A stretch of DNA of 64,000 nt from an uncultured Acidimicrobiaceae bacterium (GCA_963785415.1 CAWAVB010000001.1:483579-547578); one strand, 5' to 3'. Counted from the stretch's first letter, positions 35,827 through 45,057 are shown. The notes: generated by a model not told the origin, from the letters alone. Program-made: numbers and translations.

Positions 35827-36540
35827 TCAGGGCCCGAGCCAGACCCGGCGGAACGCTTCCGCGTACTCGACGCCGGCGACGCGGCCCGCCTCGGCGGCGC
35901 GCTCCTCCATCACCGGCCGGAACGACTCCCCGGCCTCCCCGAGCTGGCTGACGTGGCAGCAGACGGCGTCCGCCTTGCGGCCGACGGTCGCCGTCACGTC
36001 GACGTAGACGTTGGGCTCGAGCGAGCCCGACAGCAACGCGAACCCGACGGCGTGCGGGGGCCCAGCGTCGGGGAAGTACAGCGGCGACGCCGCGCCCGGC
36101 GCCGCGCCGTCGAGGGCGGCGAACCCGACGACCCGGTGGTCGCGGTGGTTGTAGTAGTGCTCGCCGAAGAACACGGCGAGCGGATCGGGACAGACCAGCA
36201 CCTCCGGGCGCAGCTCGCGCAACAACACGACGAGCTCACGACGGAGATCGGGATCGTTCTCGAACTCCCCGTCGGGACGTCCCAGCCGGTGCACGCCGGA
36301 CACCCCGAGGACGCCCGCCGCGGCCTCGATCTCGGCGACACGGGTCGCGACGAGCTCGGCGGGATCCTGCGCCGCATCCCTCGTGCCCTTGTCGCCGGCG
36401 GCGCACACCACGAGATCGACCACCGTCCCCGCGTCCGCCCATCGCGCGAGCGTCCCCCCGCACGAGACGTCGGAGTCGTCCGGATGGGCGTAGATGGCAA
36501 CGGCCCGGCGCGGTGCGTCGCTCAGCAGTTCGACGGACAC
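35827..36540 (-). CDS. PIG-L/LmbE family deacetylase
   Basis: 237 aa with AIYAHPDDSDVSCGGTLA and HRDHRVVG motifs. Confidence 0.85.
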   Translation of the reverse strand: MSVELLSDAPRRAVAIYAHPDDSDVSCGGTLARWADAGTVVDLVVCAAGDKGTRDAAQDPAELVATRVAEIEAAAGVLGVSGVHRLGRPDGEFENDPDLRRELVVLLRELRPEVLVCPDPLAVFFGEHYYNHRDHRVVGFAALDGAAPGAASPLYFPDAGPPHAVGFALLSGSLEPNVYVDVTATVGRKADAVCCHVSQLGEAGESFRPVMEERAAEAGRVAGVEYAEAFRRVWLGP

Positions 36541-36546
36541 GGCGCG

Positions 36547-37065
36547 TCAGCCCGGGGTCCGGGTCGCGCGCCGTGCAGCCGGCACGCCCTCGGGCGGGTG
36601 GTGCTGCTTCGGCGCCGTCGCCTTCGTCAAGAGCCCCGCTTCGCGCGCGAAGTCGCCGAGGCTCTCGAAACCCTTGTACACGCTGGCAAAGCGGATGTAG
36701 GCAACGTCGTCGAGGTCGCGCAAGCGGTCGAGCACCGCGACTCCGATCTGCTCGGTTGTCACGTCCCGACCCGAATGGGCGAGCTCGTTCTCGACGGCGA
36801 CGGCGAGCGCCTCGATCGCGTCCTCGTCGACCGGCCGGTTCTTGCAGGCCGCCCGGACCCCGGCCACGACCTTCTCACGACGGAACGGCTCCCGTTCGGC
36901 GGACCTTTTCACGACGAAGGTGACCGGACCACCGAGGCGCTCGAAGGTCGTGAAGCGGTAACCGCAGTTTCGGCACTCGCGGCGCCGACGGATTGACTCG
37001 CCGCGGTCGACCTCGCGCGAGTCGATGACGTGGTCATCGCCGGCCGAGCACCTCGGACAACGCAC
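36547..37065 (-). CDS. nrdR: transcriptional repressor NrdR
   Basis: ORF 36547..37596 trimmed to GTG 37065. VRCPRCSAGDDHVIDSR...CRNCGYRFTTFE zinc ribbon plus an ATP-cone. Confidence 0.93.
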   Translation of the reverse strand: MRCPRCSAGDDHVIDSREVDRGESIRRRRECRNCGYRFTTFERLGGPVTFVVKRSAEREPFRREKVVAGVRAACKNRPVDEDAIEALAVAVENELAHSGRDVTTEQIGVAVLDRLRDLDDVAYIRFASVYKGFESLGDFAREAGLLTKATAPKQHHPPEGVPAARRATRTPG

Positions 37066-37120
37066 CGCGGGAGAGTAGCGCTCCCAGGGCTTCGGCCCCG
37101 GTGCGTCGGGACACCGCCCG

Positions 37121-37531
37121 TCAGGACGAGGGGACGGTGAGAACAGTCCCGGGCCGGAGCGCGGCCCCATGGAGCTCGGCGGCGAGGGTCGCGACGACCT
37201 CGACCGGGTCGCCCGCCGGGTCGAGCCGCGTGGCAATCGCCCACAGGGTGTCGCCGGGACGGGCGACGTAGACGATCTCACGACCTCCGGCGCCGGCCGG
37301 GGCGTTCTGCGTCGCCCGTAGCGCCCCCGCGCCGAACCAGAGCCCGGCGAAGGCCACGAGCGCGGCCAGGGCGCCACCCACCTGGCGCCCGATCGCGGCG
37401 CGGGGCCGCGGGTCGATGAGACAACACGTCGCCCGGCCGCCGTCGCCTCCGACGAGCCCGAAGGACGCCTGCCCGGGATGCGGGACAAGACGGACCCTCG
37501 ACTCCCGGAGCGAACCGACCACCGCCGCCAT
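37121..37531 (-). CDS. LysM-domain protein (ChiZ/Rv2719c-like position between nrdR and lexA)
   Basis: ORF 37121..37648 trimmed to ATG 37531, preceded by GGAGG. One TM segment, then a C-terminal LysM (YVARPGDTLWAIATRL...LRPGTVLTVP). Confidence 0.75.
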   Translation of the reverse strand: MAAVVGSLRESRVRLVPHPGQASFGLVGGDGGRATCCLIDPRPRAAIGRQVGGALAALVAFAGLWFGAGALRATQNAPAGAGGREIVYVARPGDTLWAIATRLDPAGDPVEVVATLAAELHGAALRPGTVLTVPSS

Positions 37532-37603
37532 ATCTGCCTCCGAAGAAACGGAACCCGCCGGGCGTCCGTACGTACGTTCGGCTGCCCGGGGACCATCGTC
37601 GCA

Positions 37604-37661
37604 CGAACGTCTGTTCGGTGTCAACGACCGGGCGAACGGGTGTTCCACGAACGGATGTTTG
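37604..37661. promoter_or_regulatory. three tandem LexA (SOS) boxes of the actinobacterial CGAAC-N4-GTTCG type
   Basis: aCGAACgtctGTTCGg (approximately 37604-37617), CGAACgggtGTTCc (approximately 37633-37646), and CGAACggatGTTTg (approximately 37648-37661, one mismatch), in the divergent lexA / LysM-gene intergenic region. Confidence 0.7.
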
Positions 37662-37733
37662 CATCTGGGTGTGACACGGAGGTAACTTCGAGGTCAGGAC
37701 GTGGCCGCGGGCCGTTCGCGAAAGGCGGGGCAG

Positions 37734-38366
37734 ATGGCCGAAATCCAACTCTCGGGCAAGCGTCGTCAGATTCTCGAGTTCATCGAACGCGAGGTCCGCG
37801 AACGCGGCTACCCGCCGTCGGTGCGCGAGATCGGCGAGGCGGTGGGGCTCACCTCCTCCTCGACCGTCCACGCCCACCTGCAGATCCTCCAGCGCCAGGG
37901 CTACCTGCGCCGCGACCCGACGAAACCGCGCGCGATCGAGGTCTCCTTCGAGCCCTCGTCGGGCGCCGCGATCGGCGTGCGACCCGTCGCCCACGTGCCC
38001 CTCGTCGGTGACGTCGCCGCCGGCGTCGGCGTGCTCGCCCAGGAGAACGTCGAGGAGGTCCTGCCGGTGCCGGAGGACCTCACCGGACCGGGTGAGTTGT
38101 TCATGCTGCGGGTGCGCGGCGACTCGATGATCGGGGCGGGCATCCTCAACGACGACCTCGTCGTCGTGCGTCACCAGCCTGAAGCCGAGCCCGGCGACGT
38201 CGTCGTCGCCGGCATCCCGGACGGCGAGGCGACGGTGAAGACCTTCCGCCGCCGGCACGGTCACGTCGTGCTCGTGCCCGCGAACCCCGACTTCGCCGAG
38301 ATCGAGCTGCCGCCCGAGGAGGTCACGATCTACGGCAAGGTCGTGACCGTCCTGCGCCGCCTGTAG
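37734..38366 (+). CDS. lexA: LexA repressor
   Basis: ORF 37701..38366. ATG 37734 gives MAEIQLSGKRRQILEFIE... (wHTH), the VAAG cleavage region, and S24 peptidase motifs VRGDSMIGAGI and ATVKTF. GTG 37701 is an alternative start. Confidence 0.95.
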   Translation: MAEIQLSGKRRQILEFIEREVRERGYPPSVREIGEAVGLTSSSTVHAHLQILQRQGYLRRDPTKPRAIEVSFEPSSGAAIGVRPVAHVPLVGDVAAGVGVLAQENVEEVLPVPEDLTGPGELFMLRVRGDSMIGAGILNDDLVVVRHQPEAEPGDVVVAGIPDGEATVKTFRRRHGHVVLVPANPDFAEIELPPEEVTIYGKVVTVLRRL

Positions 38367-38371
38367 GCGGC

Positions 38372-39445
38372 TCAGGCCCCGGCGAGCAACGACCGGAGCA
38401 CCGAGTACGCCGCCTCGAGTTCCCGGCGGCTGATTCTCTCGTCCGGGTGGTGGCAGAGCAGCGGGTCCCCCGGCCCGAAGTTCGCTGCCGGCACGCCCCA
38501 CGCGGCGAAGCGCGCGACATCGGTCCACCCGAGCTTGGCGCGGGGTTTCGCCTTGCTCGCCGCGACGAGGGAGGCAAGGACGGGATGGCCGAGGTTCGGG
38601 GGCGCCGGATCCGAGACCTCCTCGACCTCGATCACGTCACCGGCCGCAGTGTCGAGCGCCGGTCCGAGAAGAGCGCGGATCGAATCGAGGGCCGCCTCGG
38701 CGTTCCGGTCCGGTGCGAAGCGGTGGCTGAGGAGCGCCACGGCTCGGTCGGGCACGACGTTCACTCTCGCGGTTGACCCCCCTTCGGCCCACACCGCCTG
38801 GAGTGACTCGTGGTACTCGCAGCCGTCGAGCACGGGCCGGCGCTCGTCGAACTCGCCGATGCGCCCGATCAGCGCGCCGAGGCGGTGGAGCGCGTTCTTC
38901 CCCATCCACGGGCGCGCCGCGTGGGCGGGCGAACCTCGCATCTTCACGATGAGCCGCATCGAGCCCTGGCAACCGGCTTCGACGACCGCACCGGTCGGCT
39001 CGAGCAAGAGCGCGGCGTCGGCGACGAGCAGGTCGGGCCGCGCCGCCTCGAGGGCGGCGAGGCCCGAGTAGCGCCGCTCGACCTCCTCCCCGCTGTAAAG
39101 GACGAAGGTGAGGTCGTAGACCGGCTCGGCGAGCTCGGCGACGAGCGCGACTATGACGGCGACTCCGCCTTTCATGTCGACCGACCCCAGCCCGTGGCAG
39201 ACATCGCCGTCGAGGCGCGACCCTTCGTTGCCGGCCGGCGGGACGGTGTCGAGGTGGCCGGCGAGCAGGACCCGCTCGGCGCGGCCGAGCGAGGTGCGGG
39301 CGACGACGTTGTCGGCGATGCGCGTGATGGTGAGCCCGCGATGACGCCGCAGCTCGGACTCCACGAAACCGGCGATCGCGGCCTCGTTGTGGCTCACCGA
39401 CGGAATGCCGACGAGCTCGGCGGTGAGTCCCAACAGGTCGGTCAC
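38372..39445 (-). CDS. dapE: succinyl-diaminopimelate desuccinylase (M20 peptidase)
   Basis: 357 aa with LLAGHLDTVPP, GLGSVDMKGG, SGEE. Adjacent to dapD. Confidence 0.88.
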   Translation of the reverse strand: MTDLLGLTAELVGIPSVSHNEAAIAGFVESELRRHRGLTITRIADNVVARTSLGRAERVLLAGHLDTVPPAGNEGSRLDGDVCHGLGSVDMKGGVAVIVALVAELAEPVYDLTFVLYSGEEVERRYSGLAALEAARPDLLVADAALLLEPTGAVVEAGCQGSMRLIVKMRGSPAHAARPWMGKNALHRLGALIGRIGEFDERRPVLDGCEYHESLQAVWAEGGSTARVNVVPDRAVALLSHRFAPDRNAEAALDSIRALLGPALDTAAGDVIEVEEVSDPAPPNLGHPVLASLVAASKAKPRAKLGWTDVARFAAWGVPAANFGPGDPLLCHHPDERISRRELEAAYSVLRSLLAGA

Positions 39446-39455
39446 GGTGTCACGT

Positions 39456-40283
39456 TCAGGGAGCGACGCCGGCGTCGCGCAGGATCTCGTTCAGCTGCGC
39501 CTTGTCGTGGCGCTCCCCCTCGGCGAGGTGCCGGACGACGAGCACGCACGGCAGGAAGAACTCCCCGCCGGGGTACTCGCGCCGACGCGACGCGCCGACG
39601 GCGACGGTCCAGGGCGGAACCCTCCCCCGGCTGATCTCCTCGCCCGTTGCCGCCTCGATGACCGGCACGGACCCCGTGAGGATCGAGCCCGCCCCGAGGA
39701 CGGCGCCCTCGCCGACCCGGGCACCCTCGGCGACGATCGAGCGGCTGCCAATTAGCGCGTCGTCCTCGACGACAACCGGAACGGCGTTCAGCGGTTCCAG
39801 CACTCCGCCGATGCCGACGCCGCCAGACAGGTGGACCCGCGCCCCGATCTGGGCGCACGAGCCGACCGTCGCCCACGTGTCGACGAGCGTGCCGGCACCG
39901 ACGCGCGCCCCGATGTTCACGTAGCTCGGCATGAGGATCACGCCGCGGTCGAGGAACGCCCCCCAGCGCGCCGAGGCGCCTGGCACGACGCGAACGCCCT
40001 TGGCAACGAAGTCCTTTTTCAACGGGATCTTGTCGGCGTACTCGAAGGGTCCGAGCTCCACGGTCGTGATCCGCGAGAGCGCGAACAGCAACAGGATCGC
40101 CTCGCGCAGCCACTCGTGGACGACGACGTCGCCTCCCGCGGCGATCTCGGCGACGCGGGCGGCTCCGGAGTCGAGCAGCGAGACCGCCTCGATGACCGTC
40201 TCGGCGGCCCCGTCGTCAGTCGCGGACAGCTCGCCGCGGTGCTGCCAGAGCTCGTGTACCGACTCCTCGAGACCGTCCATCAC
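39456..40283 (-). CDS. dapD: 2,3,4,5-tetrahydropyridine-2,6-dicarboxylate N-succinyltransferase
   Basis: 275 aa with left-handed beta-helix hexapeptide repeats (NIGARVGAGTLVDTWATVGSCAQIGARVHLSGGVGIGG). Confidence 0.88.
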   Translation of the reverse strand: MMDGLEESVHELWQHRGELSATDDGAAETVIEAVSLLDSGAARVAEIAAGGDVVVHEWLREAILLLFALSRITTVELGPFEYADKIPLKKDFVAKGVRVVPGASARWGAFLDRGVILMPSYVNIGARVGAGTLVDTWATVGSCAQIGARVHLSGGVGIGGVLEPLNAVPVVVEDDALIGSRSIVAEGARVGEGAVLGAGSILTGSVPVIEAATGEEISRGRVPPWTVAVGASRRREYPGGEFFLPCVLVVRHLAEGERHDKAQLNEILRDAGVAP

Positions 40284-40424
40284 GCCTCCCGCTGCGAGGC
40301 TAACGCGAGCCGACGTCGCGAATCTCCGGCTGGCAGTGAGGTTCCGTCCGAGCGGTGATTCTTGCTGACGAACCCAGGCAGGTTGCGCCCGCCGGGGGCA
40401 TCGCTACGAGCCTCTAATGGCCTC

Positions 40425-41633
40425 TCAGGCGCGACATCTTGGGTCCAACTTGTAGACAGCGATACCGGATTCCGAGGGGTTCGGGCCACGCGTCTCGGTC
40501 GCGGCAACGATGAGGTTGGACTCGTCGGCTGCCAAGAACCCCGGTGGCGTCGCATAGGGGATGTTGGTCGGACTAAAGGTGTTCGGCAGGCGCAGGCTCG
40601 CGTCGAGACGCCCCGTTTTGCCGGAGACGCACTCCAGGGGACTGCCGGCGAGCTGGAACCATAGGTCACCTATGTCAGGCACCGCCGTCCACGTGCCGTT
40701 CGGGCCGCCCCCTACAAAGCCAGCAGTCAAGGGTCTGAGGCTTTGTGCGGAGTAGGCCGTCACCTCGGACATGTTGCCTGCTGGTGGGCTGACCCAGAGG
40801 ACCTTGCCAGTCACGTCGGCCAGGGTGGACCCACCGAACAGATGAGGTTGGCGCGCGACTCGATGAGCACCGCTCACCGGGTTGTAGGTGGCGATCGCCG
40901 CCTCCGGGCTCTTCTGATTCTCGGCGACGAGGTACAGCTCGCTACCGGAGGACGTAACGCTGGCTGGACTGAGGCCGGCAGGAAGCCAGGACACGTCGGC
41001 CACCGAGACTCGCCCGTCTGCCGGGTTCAGTGTCTTCAATGAGAAGTTGTCGATGAACCAGAGACGCCCGGCGAACGGGATGGAGTCCCACGCAGTTTCT
41101 AGGTTGGCGAAACGATGCTCGACCCGCAGCGAGACAGGAGACAGCTGCATGAGGCTCGAGGCGGACGAGTCGGTCACCACCCAAATGTCGCCGAGACCCG
41201 CGAAAATCGACTGGCCTCCGGAAAGGGGGGCTGATCGCGTGACGGCGTAGGTGGTGAGGTTGACGCGGACGACCTCGGTGTTGGCGTTTTGGACGGGACC
41301 GACATCTTGAAGGATGAAGAGCGCTCCCCCGTCGATGACGCCAGTCCCCTTGAGTGTGCCTACGCATACGGTCCGGAGCCGGGCGAATGACTTGTGGCTG
41401 TCGAGGTCGACGATGGCCTCGTTGCCAGTCCTTGTGGACGAACACGTTGCCTTGGCGACCTGAGTCGCAGCTAACTTGCCGGCGGCCGAGGCTGTCGCTT
41501 GCCCTGTCAAGTTGGCAGCACCAAGGCCGAGAGCAACGACGCTCGCGACCAAGGGCGCGACCTTCGGGTGGCGGCGAAACAACCTCGATAGGGATGCTGG
41601 CCCAACTGTTGTGGTTGCACCAGTCTCGCCCAC
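40425..41633 (-). CDS. secreted repeat protein, probable beta-propeller (Vgb/NHL-like blades), function unknown
   Basis: 402 aa. N-terminal signal-like segment (VAPLVASVVALGLGAANLTGQATASAAG). A recurring motif about every 45 aa: GDIWVVTD, GRLWFIDN, SELYLVAE, GKVLWVSP, GDLWFQLA, SNLIVAAT. Visibly lower GC than its neighbours. Confidence 0.72.
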   Translation of the reverse strand: MGETGATTTVGPASLSRLFRRHPKVAPLVASVVALGLGAANLTGQATASAAGKLAATQVAKATCSSTRTGNEAIVDLDSHKSFARLRTVCVGTLKGTGVIDGGALFILQDVGPVQNANTEVVRVNLTTYAVTRSAPLSGGQSIFAGLGDIWVVTDSSASSLMQLSPVSLRVEHRFANLETAWDSIPFAGRLWFIDNFSLKTLNPADGRVSVADVSWLPAGLSPASVTSSGSELYLVAENQKSPEAAIATYNPVSGAHRVARQPHLFGGSTLADVTGKVLWVSPPAGNMSEVTAYSAQSLRPLTAGFVGGGPNGTWTAVPDIGDLWFQLAGSPLECVSGKTGRLDASLRLPNTFSPTNIPYATPPGFLAADESNLIVAATETRGPNPSESGIAVYKLDPRCRA

Positions 41634-41775
41634 GTTCTTTCCTTCCGTTCCTACCTCGGGTCGCAGGACACCGTGGTGCCATTTTCCACCGGCAGACGAC
41701 CGATGTCAGGCCGCCAACCTGGCGCTGGTTGGATGCCGCGGCAACCTGTGGCATTGAGGAAGGAGAGATGAGAGC

Positions 41776-41806
41776 GCGGGTGCGTGCCCTGTAACACAGC
41801 ACCCGC
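41776..41806 (-). terminator. hairpin downstream of hflX (no U-tract)
   Basis: GCGGGTGC-15 nt-GCACCCGC perfect 8-bp inverted repeat about 105 nt after the hflX stop, at the edge of the lower-GC segment. Confidence 0.25.
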
Positions 41807-41911
41807 AAACTGCATCATCAGACCAGAACGTCACGTTCGGCGACCCGACCCCTCGCCCCGGGTACACGCCGGGCCCGTCCGGCACCCTGGGGACACGAGC
41901 GCCGGCGGCGC

Positions 41912-43222
41912 TCACGGCTCGGCGCCGTCCCTGGCGGGCCCCGCCCCGGCGTCGCGGTCGGCCCGGGTCGTGAACTGGGCGAAGCGGCGCCGGCCGGCCT
42001 CATCGAGACGGACCCGGACGGACAGCCCGGACCCGGAGTCGTACTGGTCGAGCACCTCGCCTCCGCGGTGGAGGGCGGCGATCACATCGCCCCTGTCGTA
42101 CGGGACCGAGAGATCGACCGTCCGGTCGTGGGCGCGCAGCGCCTCTCCGATGGCCCCGAGCAGGTCGTCGAGGCCTTCGCCCGAAAGCGCCGAGCAGATC
42201 ACCGAATCCGGGTGCAACGCGTGGAGCCGGACCGTGGCCCGCCGCCCGCGGTCGCACTTGTTGAAGGCGAAGATCTCGGGCACCGAGTCAGCGCCGATCT
42301 CGGCGAGCACCGACCTCACGGCGGCGATCTGACTGTCGGGATCCGCCGCGGCGGCGTCGACGACGTGGACGAGAAGGTCGGAGTCCGCCACCGTCTCGAG
42401 CGTCGAGTGGAAGGCCGTGACGAGCTGGTGCGGGAGCTTGCGAACGAATCCGACCGTGTCCGAGCAGAGCACGGTCTCTCCTCCCGGCAGTTCGAGTCGG
42501 CGGGTCCTCGGGTCGAGCGTCGCGAAGAGGCGGTTCTCGACGATCACGTCGGCGGCGGTCAAGGCGTTGAGGAGCGTCGACTTCCCGGTGTTCGTGTAGC
42601 CAACGAGCGAAACGCTCCGCCGGGATCCGCGCCGACGGGCGCGGCGCTGGGTCTGTCGCGTCGACTCGAGGTTGGTGAGCACGACCTGCAACCGTTGGAT
42701 CCGCTGCGTGATGCGCCGTCGGTCGACTTCCAGCTGCGTCTCGCCGGGGCCCCGAGTGCCGATCCGACCGGCCTGCTGCGAAAGCGTCATCCCCCGGCCG
42801 CGCAGCCGCGGCAGCCGGTACTGCAGCAGCGCCAACTCGACCTGGGCGCGGCCCTCCTCGGTCCGGGCGTTCTGGGCGAAGATGTCGAGGATCACGGCGG
42901 TCCGGTCGATCGCCGTGCGCCCGAGGATCCCCTCGAGATTGCGCTGCTGGGCGGGATTCAGCTCGTCGTCGAAAACGACGGTGTCGGCGTCGACCGACTC
43001 GCAGAGCAGGTGGAGCTCCTCGGCCTTGCCGCGCCCGATGTACGTCGCCGGGTCGATCGCGTCCCGCGACTGGACGACCCGGGCCACCTCGTCGGCTCCG
43101 GCGGTGTCGATGAGCAGACTCAGCTCGTCGAGGCTCGCCTCGACCTCTCCTATCCCGCGCGGCCGCGTCACGACTCCGACGAGCACGATCCGCTCCCGAA
43201 ACCGGCGCTCGATGAGCGTCAC
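41912..43222 (-). CDS. hflX: GTPase HflX
   Basis: ORF 41912..43819 trimmed to GTG 43222 (GTGA overlap with the dapF stop). GYTNTGKSTLLNALT, DTVGF, FNKCD. Confidence 0.93.
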   Translation of the reverse strand: MTLIERRFRERIVLVGVVTRPRGIGEVEASLDELSLLIDTAGADEVARVVQSRDAIDPATYIGRGKAEELHLLCESVDADTVVFDDELNPAQQRNLEGILGRTAIDRTAVILDIFAQNARTEEGRAQVELALLQYRLPRLRGRGMTLSQQAGRIGTRGPGETQLEVDRRRITQRIQRLQVVLTNLESTRQTQRRARRRGSRRSVSLVGYTNTGKSTLLNALTAADVIVENRLFATLDPRTRRLELPGGETVLCSDTVGFVRKLPHQLVTAFHSTLETVADSDLLVHVVDAAAADPDSQIAAVRSVLAEIGADSVPEIFAFNKCDRGRRATVRLHALHPDSVICSALSGEGLDDLLGAIGEALRAHDRTVDLSVPYDRGDVIAALHRGGEVLDQYDSGSGLSVRVRLDEAGRRRFAQFTTRADRDAGAGPARDGAEP

Positions 43223-44057
43223 GCGACGCGGACCTTCTTTGTCGGGGCCGGCTCGATGTCGACGACGAGGCGCGCCACGCGACGTGCCGTCCCGACGAGG
43301 GTGGCCTCGACCCCTCCGTCGGCGGCCACCAGTTCGACGGCGAGATCGCCGCCCGGATTGTGCACGACGACGTTTTCGCCGACGAGGCCGACCGAGTGGG
43401 CGGCTGCGGCGGCTGCGGCGCTCCCGGAGCCGCACGCCAGCGTCAGGCCCGCGCCACGCTCCCAGACGACGAGGCCGATCTCGTCGCTCCCCTTCCGACA
43501 GGCGGCGAGCTCCACGTTCTGGCCGCCGGACACTGCCCGCTCGAGCTCGGGTCCGACGACTCCGAGATCGACACCGTCGAGGTCCGCGCCGAGCAGGACG
43601 AGGTGGGGATTGCCGGCATCGACCCGATAGGCCCGCCGCCCTTGCACCGGAGAGGTCGCCAACGGATCCACCCGGACGGTCCCCATCCCCACGTGCACCG
43701 TGACCGGGCCGTCGTTCTCGGGGGCGTCGAGCGCGACCGGGGCGTCGCCCGCCTCGGTCTCGACGACGAGCCGACCCGCGGCGACGAGCCCGGCGTCGCG
43801 GGCGCAGACGACGGCGCAACGCAGGCCGTTGCCGCTCGTCTCGGCCGGTGTTCCGTCGGCGTTGCGCAACTCCATCCGCAACGTGCCGCCCGCGCGGGGG
43901 CCGAGAGGCGGATCAGCCCGTCGGCCCCGACGCCGCGGTGCCGCTCGCAGAGCGACGCGGCGAGCTCGGCATCGAAGCGGCCCGCACCAGCCCAGTCGAC
44001 GACGATGAGGAAGTCGTTGCCCAGCGCCTCGTACTTCGCCAGTTCGAGCGATGCCAC
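43219..44057 (-). pseudogene. dapF: diaminopimelate epimerase DapF, split by an apparent -1 frameshift in a G5/C5 run
   Basis: The N-terminus VASLELAKYEALGNDFLIVVD...HRGVGADGLIRLSAP is in the frame of ORF 43443..44894. The rest, RMELRNADGTPAETSGNGLRC...ACGSGSAAAAA, is in ORF 43219..43881. Adding one C at approximately 43896-43900 restores LSAPRAGGTLRMEL. The span is 839 nt, i.e. 2 mod 3. Confidence 0.85.
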
Positions 44058-44061
44058 GGAA

Positions 44062-45057
44062 TCAGTCTCGCGCCCCGGTATCGCCGCGGTCCGCCGCGGC
44101 GATGGCGTCGTCGAGCGCGTCGTCGAGGTCCCGGCGTGCCGCGTCCAGCCAGACGATCCTCGGATCACGCCGGAACCACGACTCCTGGCGGCGGGCGAAA
44201 GACCGCGTCCGGCGCAGAATCGTCGCCCGGGCCTCGTCGAGCGTTGCGCGCCCCGCGACGTACTCGAGCAGCTCCCGGTAGCCGAGCGCCTGACGGGCGG
44301 TGCGCGACAGGCCCGGCGACCGTGCCGCGAGGCCGGTGACCTCGTCGACGAAACCGGCGGAGAACTGGGCCTCGAGCCGGGCCGCGATCCGGCGGTCGAG
44401 CTCGCCGCGGTCGAGCGTGAGCCCGACGAGGCAGAACCGCGTCGGCCCGTAGTGACGGAGGCCTGGCCCCGTCGCGCTGAAAGGCCGGCCCGAGCCGAGG
44501 ACGACCTCGAGCGCCCGGACGAGTCGGCGGCGGTTCGTTGGTTCGATCCGCGCCGCCGCCGCCGGGTCGAGCGCGACGAGGCGGGCGTGGAGGGCCCCCA
44601 GCCCGCCCGGGCCGTCGGCCTCGCCTTCGAGCTCGGCGGCGATCTCCGGGTAGCGCCCGGGCAGGTCGAGCTCGTCGACGACGGCCCGGTGATAAAGGCC
44701 CGTCCCCCCGACGAGGACGGCGCGGTGGCCTCGCGCCTCGATCCCGGCGATCGCGGCGTGCGCGTCGGCCTGGAAGCGGGCGACGCTGAACTCCTCGCCG
44801 GGATCGCACTCGTCAACGAGGTGCCAGGCGACGCCACGGCGCTCGTCGGGCGTCGGTTTGGCCGTGCCGACGTCGAGGCCGCGGTAGACGGCAATGGCGT
44901 CGACGGAGATGAGCTCGACGCCGCCGTGACGGCGGGCGAAGCGGACGGCGGCGGCGGTCTTGCCGGTCGCGGTCGGCCCGACGAGCGAGACGTGGCGCCC
45001 GCCCGGTGCCCGGCCCGGCCCGGCGGTCAGCCGGGAGCGGCTGACCTGGTCTTTGAC
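44062..45057 (-). CDS. miaA: tRNA dimethylallyltransferase MiaA
   Basis: ORF 44062..45216 with VSLVGPTATGKTAAAV P-loop and DVGTAKPT. The true start is uncertain (in-frame GTG candidates at 45084, 45057, 44991). The N-terminal part of the ORF is likely an over-extension. Confidence 0.88.
   Translation of the reverse strand, partial: VKDQVSRSRLTAGPGRAPGGRHVSLVGPTATGKTAAAVRFARRHGGVELISVDAIAVYRGLDVGTAKPTPDERRGVAWHLVDECDPGEEFSVARFQADAHAAIAGIEARGHRAVLVGGTGLYHRAVVDELDLPGRYPEIAAELEGEADGPGGLGALHARLVALDPAAAARIEPTNRRRLVRALEVVLGSGRPFSATGPGLRHYGPTRFCLVGLTLDRGELDRRIAARLEAQFSAGFVDEVTGLAARSPGLSRTARQALGYRELLEYVAGRATLDEARATILRRTRSFARRQESWFRRDPRIVWLDAARRDLDDALDDAIAAADRGDTGARD

Noticed and set aside
380-43910. 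Programmed ribosomal frameshifting as the explanation for the four split genes (pgeF, ftsQ, murC, dapF).
   Set aside because: I saw no shared slippery heptamer or downstream stimulatory structure. All four breaks are net -1, and three of the four lie in short G/C homopolymers in unrelated housekeeping genes. Systematic indel error is the simpler explanation, though only reads can settle it.
44040-44100. Local 1-nt register disagreement between my manual indexing of the printed sequence lines and the ORF-track coordinates. It occurred here and again near 60060-60105.
   Set aside because: The track translations are internally consistent and in frame, so I treated the discrepancy as my own reading error at line boundaries and used track coordinates. 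As a result, eye-read motif coordinates may be off by 1-2 nt.
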